This document shows, one piece after another, positions 1 through 10,957 of a DNA stretch of 64,000 nucleotides. Position numbers and translations under genes: made by a program. This DNA comes from Trichosphaerium sp. ATCC 40318 (Eukaryota; Protista; Tubulinea): contig JALMLS010000516.1 in NCBI GenBank assembly GCA_038496445.1, forward strand, positions 62,001 through 126,000, written 5' to 3'. Under the pieces are notes generated by a model. It was not told the DNA's origin, ran no database searches, and saw nothing but the letters and a program-made list of their open reading frames with translations. Numbering within the stretch: position 1 is the first letter of the stretch; each line of letters starts with the position of its first letter.

Positions 1-1079
1 TCAGTAACATTCTTCAAAGCGCTCATCTCGACAACTCTAGCTCCTTTAAAAGCCATCATACATCTATCAGTTAACTTTGTATTGCATCCAAAATAAATAA
101 CACTCGCTCCACCAAGAGGTATCAAATCATCATCTGAGAATCTATTTGAGCCTGTAATGAACTCATCTACTCCAGCCAACTGTTTATAAGCAGAAATTGG
201 TCCCTTTAGCTGAGGTAAGGCTAATTTCTTTGCGCCCTTTAAATACTGTAGTATTGTAGTTGAAAGACCGTAACACCTTAGTATAAGGCTCTCAATACAC
301 TTTAAGTAAGAGATACCTTTATCTGTAATCTTATAACTTGATACGCTCAAACACTTGACACGTGGAATATGCTTCAACCCTTCATCTGAGATATATTTGC
401 AACGCATCAGGTTAATTGTATGTACGTTTGATAAGTGACATAGATGGTCATTTGTCACTGATGTACCACTCAAGTCAATAGTATGTAGATTAGACATAAG
501 GCGAAAAGAGCCACTTGAAGGTATGGAGTAACATGCAAAGTTTAAGGACTTTGCTTTCGCTAATATTTTTGCAGCATCTTCTCCATAGCAGCTATAAAGT
601 TCAATCTCTACTTTGAAATGTGCGTTTTTAAGTGTCTTGAAATACTTCTCTATGCAATCTATTTGTGAAAGGCTGGTTATTGACGCTGTTGCGTATCCCA
701 TAGAGTTACGCATAAAGTTTGTCATTTTCCAACACGTTTTAGTTAATAAACCCCATTCATAGCGTTGAAGGAACGTAAGAATATGTTCTAGAATATCGGG
801 GAAGAGGTTGATCAAGTTTTGATTGTCATTTGCTTCATTTTGATCTGACGCGTCTCTATAAGTGCGTTAGTGGCGTATGGGAGCAATAAAAGATGCTGGC
901 GAAGGTAAGTAAGCGAACCAGAACAAACACAAGTAATGTTGCTAAAATTAGCAGCTGGCAGCATAATACGCAACAAGGAGCGTTAAATAAGATACAAAGC
1001 GGTATGCGGTCGACGGTAAAGGTCTTTTTCGCAAAAAATCTCCGTGCCTGTTAGTTTGGTTGCTTGATAGCTCCGCCAT
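1..1079 (-). CDS. F-box/leucine-rich-repeat protein (3' end runs off the window)
   Basis: ATG at 1079 (MAELSSNQTN), GC-AG intron 1047-856 with a CTAAC branch site, then an open frame with F-box LINLFPDILEHILTFLQRYEWGLLTKTCWKM and repeats such as LHTIDLSGTSVTNDHL and VHTINLMRCKYISDEGL. Confidence 0.85.
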
Positions 1080-1192
1080 TCTGGAAAGCAATAAAATTGG
1101 GATTAGAAGTACACACGTCTCGCTAATGCCTTCTTGCGATTTTACAGCACTCCAAAAACGCGTTGAAAAGTCAACGTCGGTCACCACGAGGT

Positions 1193-1931
1193 AAGAAAAC
1201 ACGTGCCTGCGAGAACATAAAGTCTAAGATAGATATCAAATACCACACAAATAGAATAATACAAGAATTTCTAGGTAAAAATAAAGATACAAAAGATCCT
1301 ATAACATTATACAACGAACATGCAGGTGGAAACAACTTATTTTGCAAATCTAAGTGGCCAACCAAGAATAAAACTAATCCAACATACGACCAAATAGAAC
1401 TTGCGAAACTCGGTAGCTCCATTACAATTAAAACAAAAGATTACAATATCAAACCTTGGTACTTAACCAAAAACAATTCCAACCCCACAAACTTCAGAGG
1501 CTCACAAGGATATGTCACAAAAGAATTCATAAGCGAACTTAAAGAGAAAACTGGTACAAACAAAACTAATTTAATCAACACCCTAGCTAAACGACTGAAC
1601 CACATGTACATCACTTATCTATATAACAAATACCGTACTAGATGCCTAGAAACCCACACCTTAAAAAAATCAAAAGGTCAACATGTACCGATGCACTACG
1701 TAAGATGGCAAGCCAAAGTCATACGCATGCGTCAATTCCTACCAATCACAAATGCAATACCTCTTTTTCCCAACACAACTAATACTAATACGGTAATCAC
1801 ATAGCATTTGTTATAACAGCCAACCCAAACGCTTCGGCGTAGCCCTTTGGAGGCTAGAGGTGGGTTGGCTGTATAAAGATCGTTATTGACTTTTTTTTTT
1901 TTTTTTTTTTTTTTTAAGAAAACACGTGCCT
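1193..1931 (+). mobile_element. 5'-truncated non-LTR retrotransposon-like insertion with TSD and poly(T) tail
   Basis: AAGAAAACACGTGCCT occurs at 1193-1208 and 1916-1931. Between the copies lie an intronless A/C-rich open frame ending at 1804, a structured 3' UTR (1816-1872) and T25 at 1891-1915. Confidence 0.85.
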
Positions 1932-2139
1932 TCTTAGGGTGCTTTATAATCATTAATTGCAGACCTTTACTATGTGACATTTTAGCAGCAAGTTAAAATG
2001 GATTGTTGTAAACCTTTCTGCCTACTGCTATGCTTCCAGCAGAGCTACAGTTAGACGTTATAGATATATATTTTGAAGATTAAAACAATCTTGCCACTCT
2101 TATAAAATATGTGGTAACTGCAACAAGGTTTTATTGCAA

Positions 2140-2420
2140 GATAAAAGAACATGGCATTATGTAATTGGCAATGCACATGGTGAATACAAGCGTTGGAGCG
2201 ACAATGGTCAAGTGTTAGAACATTGTACATATGTCTATGGTGCCTACAAGAAGAATGGAAAGTTTGGTACAAGGATGTTTTTTTTAGAGTAGAAGTGGTG
2301 AGCTGTACAAGTGTGCAACTATTAAATGGATAGCTTGAAGGAAAGTACGAGATGTGGTATCTCAATGGTCAAAACAAGCCGTTGAAATTATGGAAATGGC
2401 AAAGTAGAAGGAACAGCAAG
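2140..2420 (+). pseudogene. Decayed MORN-variant (YwqK-like) repeat gene
   Basis: Fragments HGEYKRWSDNGQVLEHCTY, EWKVWY and LNG*LEGKYEMWYLNGQ fall in shifting frames with a stop; same repeat type as the intact gene at 30750. Confidence 0.75.
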
Positions 2421-2598
2421 AGATAATATCCCGAAGGTATTTAATTCAGTTTCTTTACACTACTTGTGTAACAAAGTAGAAGGTATACTTTTTCTAAGGC
2501 TGAGGTGGAGCCCCAAAGTACTGCAAACACTTCACCTCATTTCGCAGCAGAAATAGATAGCTTATTGTTGATATTACTTGGTATAGTTAAACTTGAAG

Positions 2599-3459
2599 TC
2601 AAGCGTTGCTACCACCATTGCGTTTGGTGTACTTTAACCCTAATTCTTGAAGCGCTCCTATTGTAATCTGGGAATACAACCTAATGTCAATGTGTTTAAG
2701 AGACAACATATGCTTCAAGCAATCATCTGTAACGTTATAACAATCCCAAAGTTTCAAGTATTCCAGGTTAACCAAGTTCTTTAAACCATAGTCTGTTACA
2801 CTGTCAACACCTAAACGCAGTCTTTTGACATTTACAAGTGACCTTATTCCATCATCTGTGATTGCTTCGCCATGAAAAATTAAAACTGTGTTTACATTTG
2901 CAAGATGCTTTAGCCATGAGTCAGTTACTGCTTTACCACCTATTGAAATTTTATGTACATCTTTCAATTGCTTGATTCCTTCAGCAGTAATTTTCCTACA
3001 GCCGTAAATGTCAATTGTGTGAACGTCTTTGAGAGCCGCTAATGAGACATCTGTTATATTTGTGAGTTGCAAGTTAACAGTATGTAGTCCTCCACATGCT
3101 AGTGCATCAATACCATCAAGTGTAACAAATGAATGGTCCAAATAAATGGTATGAACACCAACAAGGTATTTAAGGTCATTGGTAGATGGACGCTTTCCAA
3201 TACATTCAATTCTAGTATTTATAAGCAATGGAGAACCTGTTAGAACTTTGAACTCTTTATTGTGTTTAATTTTAATGTTATCAAAGCCAATATTCCTCCG
3301 AATGATGTTATTAAACAGGTGACAAACTGTAGTTGTCTTAATACGCTGGTTTCTCTTTAAATTAACAAGTACACACGTTATTATCTCTGGAGGCAAGTCA
3401 TACACATATCTTATAGGTTGTACCCGAGTTTGTGATGTATCACTGCAGCCTTGATCCAT
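2599..3459 (-). CDS. F-box/leucine-rich-repeat protein, intronless
   Basis: Likely start MDQGCSD; F-box DLPPEIITCVLVNL...VCHLFNNII; ~22-aa repeats such as LKDVHTIDIYGCRKITAEGIKQ. Confidence 0.9.
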   Translation of the reverse strand: MDQGCSDTSQTRVQPIRYVYDLPPEIITCVLVNLKRNQRIKTTTVCHLFNNIIRRNIGFDNIKIKHNKEFKVLTGSPLLINTRIECIGKRPSTNDLKYLVGVHTIYLDHSFVTLDGIDALACGGLHTVNLQLTNITDVSLAALKDVHTIDIYGCRKITAEGIKQLKDVHKISIGGKAVTDSWLKHLANVNTVLIFHGEAITDDGIRSLVNVKRLRLGVDSVTDYGLKNLVNLEYLKLWDCYNVTDDCLKHMLSLKHIDIRLYSQITIGALQELGLKYTKRNGGSNA

Positions 3460-3646
3460 TTGTAGAGCGAATATGTCCGAATAAAGTTGGTATATTACGC
3501 ACGTGATATTTTTTCGGTAGTTTTTTAGTGTTACTTTTACTGACCGTACTACGGATTGATGTCTTGGCGTGTACGTGACGCAAACGTTACAGCTGTAATC
3601 AAATAAAAAACATGTATGTCGAAGTAACAAACGTTTAGTCCTTATA

Positions 3647-5753
3647 ATGTCATTGGCTGTGCGCTTTATCGCTCTAATTGTTATTTTCGCTTGTTGTGAC
3701 AGTATTGGAGGGCTTCTGACTTCTTATTCTAAATGTGACTACTTTATAGCTCCAGATGGAAGCAATTCTGTGCGTTGGCTTCACCATATAGTTCTATCAC
3801 GTGAAAATATAAGTACTAACGTTTTTTTCGTTTAGAATGGTAATGGATCTCAAGTAGCTCCGTACAAGAGTTTGCAAGCTGTCTCGGAAGCAACTGGCGA
3901 TAACCGATGCCAGAATACGTCGAATTGTACACTATGCTTCAAAGGTAAACAACCGGTTGAGTGTTTAACTTGGAACGACGTAAACAACTGTAGGTGGTAC
4001 GTACGATTGCTCTCCGAGCGTTGCAAAATGGAATACTACTCAAAGAGGTGTTCTAAATATACAACACTTCGACTGGGATAATGTCAAAAGATCTAGGCCA
4101 ACCTGTCTGATTGATTATTTGTTTGTGAGCAAAAGTCTCCTTACTTTTGTTTTGCATAACTCTTTGTTTTAGCATTTGAAAGGCAATCCAAAAGTCACAG
4201 CATACATCGACCATTTTTATGCGAGCATTGCTCTCACGGACGGAGACTTTTTCATCTCTAATTCTGAGTTTCATCAACGCAAGCAACGTACGTAGTCCAT
4301 CCAATCTATGAAATGAAATGTATTGCGGATGTTATGAATCAATTTTTAAACTCCAATTTAAGTCAATGTAAACTATTCAATTAGTTTTACCTTGCGGAAG
4401 TTAATTGTTTGTTTTTTAGTTGATGTTACACACACTACAACAACAAGTGTTACACTTACTTCATGCATATTTGATCAAATAGCCTTGAACCTAGACCTCA
4501 TAGATTCATTTACAATGGATAAATGTAAATGGACGTTTCCTAACGGACTCATAAATGGTACAAAGTTTACCATATATCAAGTTTTGTTCTTATTTTTTTC
4601 CAATAGCGAAAGTAGTTAGATTATCCAACAACGTCTTTGATTTCCAGAATGGTGCTCAATCAATTGTTGAAGTAGGTAACTATGTTAAAACACTTGAATT
4701 TCTGGGCAATAAAATTAGCGATTGTGGGCGAGAAACAGTACAAATACCTCTTTGCTTTAAACAGTTTTGTTTACTCACTTTCTGTAAAAAACTAGCCTTG
4801 CTTGAAAGTTGTATCAAAACACAGACCATCAATATCAATGAAATTAGACAATAATATATTTGGTGGCGTTGGTCCGTTCATATGGCCTCGATGGGATAAC
4901 GGAATAGTTGTTACATTAAACATCACTTCAAACAACTTTGGAGTTTCAGTTACGTTTTGTTTTTGGTTCCTTTCTCTTGCAGCTTGTTTATTATTCTTAG
5001 AGTCTTCCATCTGTGTATTTAGATAATGCATTCCAGTACCCTAAACACTTACACATTGAAAATAATACCATCACAGAAATACGTTAGTTAAGTTTTTTGT
5101 TCCATGTGCTAACTTATTGTAGCAAAATGTGAAATAGGAGAGTTTTCTTACAAGCATATTTTATTGTGCTTATGGTGCAACGAGGGTACTTTCTCAAACT
5201 CCACTACACTTTCAGAATGCTATAAATGCCCAAATGGGACTGTTAGCAAATATAAAAGGAGCACAAGCTGTACTACATGCCCAGCAGGAACATATGCAAA
5301 GTACATACAAAACACTTTCTTATCAATAACCTTCAATTTTAGTAGTGCTAACACAAACTGTAACCCTTGCCTGGAGTCTTTCTTCTCTCTTCCAGGGTCA
5401 TCAAAGTGTACAGAATGTAGTGAAGGATTTAAATCAAGCACAAACAAAGATAGATGTATAAAGGCACGTGCTACTATAAAAATAGATAAGAGGACTTATC
5501 ACGTATTTAGATACAGGATTATACTTGGGTTATTGGTGTAGTAGTGCTTGGATTAGCAGGTTAGTATTTATTTTAATGAGGCCTATAACAAATATTTAAT
5601 CTTTTATAAAAGGCGTTGGGATGCTTGTTGTTGTTTTAATAGTGTGGCGGAATCGAAAGCAATCTATACGTGTTTATAGTAGTATAAATGACGATTTGTA
5701 AATACAACTAATTCTTTAGTACTTCATTAAGAACAGTTTTCCTTCCTAGTTAA
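3647..5753 (+). CDS. Type I membrane protein with Cys-rich (GCC2/GCC3, ephrin-receptor-like) repeats, multi-exon
   Basis: Signal peptide; spliced YFIAPDGSNSNGNGSQVAPYKSLQ; CxxCPxGT repeats (5164-5460); TM WVIGVVVLGLAGVGMLVVVLIVW followed by RNRK. Confidence 0.75.
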
Positions 5754-5885
5754 TAGGTTATTTCGCAAAAAGGTATTCAGCTCTTTCACACTTGTTGGCT
5801 TTAAACTGAAATCTCAATTGTGAGGTATGAGAATTGAGCAAACTTTCTTCGTAGTGAAATATTAAAAAGATAGGTGAAGTCCAGT

Positions 5886-6365
5886 TTATTCGTATTTAAT
5901 GAGCAGTGCAGATAGAATTGCTTGTTTTCCATTTACAGCCGACTTTTCTACATACTTCTCAATCTGATATCCTTCATTAAGCAATTGTTGAAGTTTTGTT
6001 TGCGCAGCGAAAACATCGTTAATAGTGCTAACAGAAATCTTTTTCTTGCGAAAGATGATATTGAGTATGGTGGCATCTAAACAAAAAAAGGAAAATTCAT
6101 CAGCTAGTTTGTTCTTCAAAGCACTATTATTCTCTTCATAAGATAAGTGTATCGTCCTTGTGCGTAAGAAAGCAAGTATATACTTGAATAAATCGCCATC
6201 ACGATCAATAAAATACTTTTTCTTTAATTTGAAGTTTCCGCTCAATAATCCTGTAAAATAGTTTCGCTCGCCATTAGATGTTAAAGTGGCTTTTGTTGTT
6301 TTGTAAACGACACCACCGACGTTTAGGGTAATACAACATGTATCTGTTTCATTAGCGTCTGCCAT
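5886..6365 (-). CDS. KCTD/T1-type BTB/POZ domain protein, intronless
   Basis: ITLNVGGVVYKTTKATL and YFIDRDGDLFKYILAFLR motifs. Confidence 0.92.
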   Translation of the reverse strand: MADANETDTCCITLNVGGVVYKTTKATLTSNGERNYFTGLLSGNFKLKKKYFIDRDGDLFKYILAFLRTRTIHLSYEENNSALKNKLADEFSFFCLDATILNIIFRKKKISVSTINDVFAAQTKLQQLLNEGYQIEKYVEKSAVNGKQAILSALLIKYE

Positions 6366-6595
6366 ATTAATTTTGAGACCTTGCCACTACCGCGGTGTTC
6401 ACTGGTTAAAATGACTGTCGGTGACCAACAACTTCAGTTAAATTCTGTTGCTGTGCACCATGCAAAACAAGACATCTACCGCTTATATAAATAGTCTCAG
6501 TCTTTAATATCCTAGCTAACGGTAGTTGCTAAAGACGTATGAACATTACATAGTCAAGCGGAGTCTTTTTTTAAAAAAGTTCGACATTCTCGATT

Positions 6596-6605
6596 ATCAC
6601 GTGAT
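6596..6605. promoter_or_regulatory. ATCACGTGAT E-box palindrome; similar CACGTG sites lie upstream of several genes
   Basis: Lies 8 nt before the GH16 ATG. CACGTG also occurs at 3500, 7723 (beside CCAAT at 7714), 19341, 29394, 36719 and 39779, all in upstream intergenic DNA. Confidence 0.4.
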
Positions 6606-6613
6606 TACGAAGC

Positions 6614-7555
6614 ATGTTTTCTGTCAGTAGTTTGACATTTATTGTTATCATTTCATGTACAGCCTCACTAGCATTAAAAGGTAAGATTTTTTATTAAGAA
6701 CACGACAGCGCGTTTTCTAAAGAGTATAGATTGCGCTATGACATCTTTTGAAGATGATTTTAGTGCTTTCAACGCTGAACGATGGCAAAACTCCTCACTA
6801 AGCGGTATCGGACACGAATGCACCATGATGCTACCAGAAAACCTTGAATTCAACTCAGCGCTGCCGAATAATAGCGGTCACGGCTTAAAGGCGAAGTTAA
6901 CGCAAGAGCCATGCAAATCAGACCCGAGCACATGTTGTACAGGCGTACGACTTGTTTTCTTTTTAAAGTGTGCTGCCTTTTCTTACGAATCTTCAAGTCT
7001 CATTGTACTTGTTGGAGTGGTTCACATATGTCGTCATCCTGTACAGCACTGTACGGTACCCTTTCGATAAACATGCGTGTAAATATTCCAGCGTCAGCGG
7101 GGGGCGTATTCTATCTTGCTTTCTACACAGACACCCCGATTCACAACGAAGTAACCCTTGGTTTTTATCAAAAAGAAGATAAAACGGAGCACGTGTCAAC
7201 GAAGAGTTTTTCGTTTTCTCTGTTCAATGATAGACATTAATGATACTTTCTTAGATACCACAATGCAGTATTCTGGGGCTCAGAATCGAGGATTATTAGT
7301 CACAGTTTAGCTGTTGATTTTTTTAAGGACTATCACGAGTACAGCTTTGATTGGAAAGAGAAGGAGATAAACTTTATGCTTGATGATAAAATAGTATTCA
7401 CAGCTTCAGCTGCAACGAATATTACTGTTCCATCTCATCCAAGTGAAATCCGTTTTATTTTCAGAACAGAAACACATTCAAACTGTTCTGATGGTTGTAA
7501 TACCGCTCCTACAGCGTATGTTGATGTCAAAAATGTCAAATACTCGTCGCTTTAA
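6614..7555 (+). CDS. Secreted GH16-fold protein, probably non-catalytic
   Basis: Signal peptide, FEDDF, LYG strand and DYHEYSFDWKEKEINFMLDD; three introns; the ExDxE position reads NEVTLG. Confidence 0.75.
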
Positions 7556-7934
7556 ATCTAAAATTTGTATCAAGCGCACTAATAAACAAAAACAAGTTTG
7601 ATTCCATAAGGTCATACAGCAACTTTATTTGATTTGGTCATTCGTGCATTATCATTTCTTAGTAACTGTCTTCACCGTAAAGCTAAGTTTTCATGTCACG
7701 CGCTTTCTAGGAACCAATAGATCACGTGAATTATCTGAATGTTGACATTTCAATTGTGCAACACAACATTGGCTTAGGAAGTAGTAGATACATGGCAATC
7801 ATGTTGTCAAACTGCTCAGTAGTCTCGTAGCCGAAGTCTAACCCAATGAAAATTCAACAGTTAGTTAAGTACGTTTAGCACTTCCTTGACATTAAATAAA
7901 TCAGCAACAAACAAGCGTAGCACCATTTGTTACA

Positions 7935-9734
7935 ATGCATACAATTCTATTGATTATGATGATCGTAACTTTCTGGCAGATTTCAACAGTGCTAGCGCTA
8001 ACAAGATTACCATCGAAGATTTCTAGGAACAGAACACTTGTACTTGAACAAAGTCCTTACTTCATTGGTCAACAAGTCGTTGTTAGAAACGCAACAATTT
8101 CAGTAATGCCTGGTGTTGTAATTAACGCTGAAGCTGAATATGCAAGCATTTTTTCTTTCCAATACAACTCAGCGCTGGTTTTGGTTGGAAACGTATCACA
8201 CCCAATAGTATTCTCGTGCACTGGTGGGTGTTACATCTCTTTCGAATATTCTTGGATAAAATCACCAACCTGGAAGCACGTGATATTTAAACACTTCGTA
8301 ATCTCCAAACCACCGAACATTGAAAGATGTCATTTCGAACATGCTGCACTATCCGGCTGCGCTGGTGAGTGTCATTACAACAACATCACTGCAAATGTAT
8401 CATCCATACAAACAGTATCAAATGATAATTACACGTCTGTTCGGGTTACAAACTCTCGTTTGGAAAACTTAAACATGCGAAATTGGGGATCCTTTGAACA
8501 AGACAAACAACTTATTGTTTCTGACTCTATTGTGTCTTGTATTCGATGTTCTTCTGTGATATTCCTCAACTCCAAGGTAGACGTAGATGAGTATATCAGT
8601 GTATATGGAGCCGTAAATACAACGTTTGAAGGTCCTGGAGAGGGAAAAATAATGGCTAGATACCCCGTTGAATATACAAAATGGAATTTGAACAAAACAA
8701 TATGGGTTACTGCTAACAAACATGGTATCAACGACAATTACATAAAATCAAACAAAGACATTATATTTCGAATGTTCTATTCCAACACCTTTCCCATCAC
8801 AAGGAACAGATTCTACGCCCCTGGTATATTCGCCAAAGCTGGGAACCTCTCCTATAACCTGTTGCATGGAGAAGAATATATCACTTTCAGCACAGACTCA
8901 TTCTACAACCGGTTTATTACACCAACTCTGTATTGTTTTTATATATTTGAAGCATCAAGACAACCACGAGAAATAAGGTTCAACGATATCTCTAATGTGA
9001 CAACTCTTGCTCTTAGGAGCATACGCATGTCTATTGACTTTACAAATAATTACGTGGGTGCAGAAAGCGTTGAGAATATTTCCATAATATTTCAAGGCAC
9101 AAACCGCACGGCGTTTGATCCAGTACTGCTATCTCCTCCATTGGATATACCACATCCTATCGCCGTCCCTCTTCAACCATCTACAACGTTACCACCAACA
9201 ATATTGCCAACAACACTACCTCCAATAACGTTAGCTCCTACCACTTCTTCACCTACAGCGCTTCCAACAACACTACCTCCAACAACATTACCTCCAACCA
9301 AAGCACCAACTCATAATCCTACACTGCCAATACTAACGACATCGCCAACAACAAATACTCCCTCAACAAAGGCACCGACCTCAGCTCCTACAGGGACTCC
9401 TGTAGACGAAACACCAGCACCAACTACACTAGGTACTGTAATATATTTAGTTTCTTGTACTAACAATGCACAAGTTCCAACTGAAGAACCTACCAATACA
9501 GAACCTATTGCACCAGAAGGAGTAAATGAACCAATTGATGACGCTCCTGTTCAGGCATCAAATGCAAACTTGAAATTAAGCAAAGGAAAAATAATTGCTG
9601 CTATCATTATTCCACTTTGTGTTTGTGCTCTACTTTTTATTATTCTCATAATTTTCTGGATGAAAAAAAGAAACGAGGATCCAAGCAGAAATACAGACTA
9701 CTGGATAGATTTAACCGATACTGTATCAATATAG
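7935..9734 (+). CDS. Cell-surface protein: signal peptide, parallel beta-helix-like ectodomain, P/T-rich stalk, C-terminal TM
   Basis: LVLEQSPYFI...ISVMPGVVI start, PTT repeats at 9170-9430, TM IIAAIIIPLCVCALLFIILIIFW; probable in-frame 42-nt intron 9433-9474. Confidence 0.8.
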   Translation: MHTILLIMMIVTFWQISTVLALTRLPSKISRNRTLVLEQSPYFIGQQVVVRNATISVMPGVVINAEAEYASIFSFQYNSALVLVGNVSHPIVFSCTGGCYISFEYSWIKSPTWKHVIFKHFVISKPPNIERCHFEHAALSGCAGECHYNNITANVSSIQTVSNDNYTSVRVTNSRLENLNMRNWGSFEQDKQLIVSDSIVSCIRCSSVIFLNSKVDVDEYISVYGAVNTTFEGPGEGKIMARYPVEYTKWNLNKTIWVTANKHGINDNYIKSNKDIIFRMFYSNTFPITRNRFYAPGIFAKAGNLSYNLLHGEEYITFSTDSFYNRFITPTLYCFYIFEASRQPREIRFNDISNVTTLALRSIRMSIDFTNNYVGAESVENISIIFQGTNRTAFDPVLLSPPLDIPHPIAVPLQPSTTLPPTILPTTLPPITLAPTTSSPTALPTTLPPTTLPPTKAPTHNPTLPILTTSPTTNTPSTKAPTSAPTGTPVDETPAPTTLGTVIYLVSCTNNAQVPTEEPTNTEPIAPEGVNEPIDDAPVQASNANLKLSKGKIIAAIIIPLCVCALLFIILIIFWMKKRNEDPSRNTDYWIDLTDTVSI

Positions 9735-10058
9735 TACAATAAACAGAGATACCACATTTAGCCTAGTGTTCGTTAATAAACTGCTAAACAATAAATAAAC
9801 TAGCACTAGTGTTGAACAACGAGATGAACACTGGCGCACAAACATTAGCATGATGGGAATGAATACTGGAGAGTACGATAGAAAGGTAATTGCGAACCTT
9901 AGAAAAGGTAATATCGGTGCTGCTTCAGGCATTGCTATTTTTTAAATGAGTACAAATTGAACCTGAATTTGCCTTCAAACTCACTAGAAACCACGTGTAC
10001 AAATAACCTTTATCAGTGTACATCTTTACACATGAACTACTTTTTTATTGGTTTTTTT

Positions 10059-10584
10059 TCAATCTTCTTCTTTTGGACTTGCGTAGCGCTTAGTCCACAC
10101 CTTTGCTGTATTTTCAAAAGCATCATAGTCATGCTCCATTTGATGCGCTACTGCAGGGTCCATCGGATATTCAGTGTCCGGTTCGTTTAACACAGTCTTT
10201 ATGGTAGCAACAACATCAGAAAATAGAAACCTGGGCGACCAACGGTCTCGGTTTAAAATGTTTAAAGAATGACTGAAATGCCCTGAACTGTTGTGTATAT
10301 TAGGATGGTAGACTTTTGTATTAAAAACCGCTTTTGGAGGTCTAAACGGGTAATCAGAAGGGTAGCTAAGCGTTACGTAGAATTCACCGCCTATTTACGT
10401 TTGTTAGTTGCGTCGTTAACGTATTTTGATAATAAATACCTTTGTAAGGCCCCTTGTTGTCTCGGAGTATTAGAATCCACGTAAATATGTCTTTTTCATC
10501 CTTTATGCTCATATAACACCCATCTATCTTACATCGTTGATTTTTACACAGCTCGTATTCTCTCATTACCCTACGAATGGCCAT
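10059..10584 (-). CDS. Ubiquitin-conjugating enzyme E2 variant lacking the active-site Cys
   Basis: After one intron: [57 protein letters not shown]. Confidence 0.88.
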
Positions 10585-10957
10585 AATTACTAAACAGTAC
10601 TTTTAGAAGGAACTCAACAGAGACCAAACAAGACTTTTTACACATGATTTTCGCTTTTATCATCCATGTGCAAGACAACAGGTGTAAAAGCGATTGATAT
10701 GTCACATATTGATTGTTGATGACAGTTCTAGAGGCACTTGCTGTGGAGTACATTTGGTTTTTTTTTCAATTTTATTTTTTTTGTTCTGTTTACAAGTACA
10801 TTTATGTTTTCTGTTGTACACGATAGTGTACCAACCTTCTTAGGCGGGCAACAATTATAGGCAACGCCAAAATGTGGGTTTACACTGAAAAAAAAAGTTA
10901 ATCATAAAGGAAGAAAACGACAATCTATCAAAAAAGAAATTCTTCAAAAAAAAAAAA

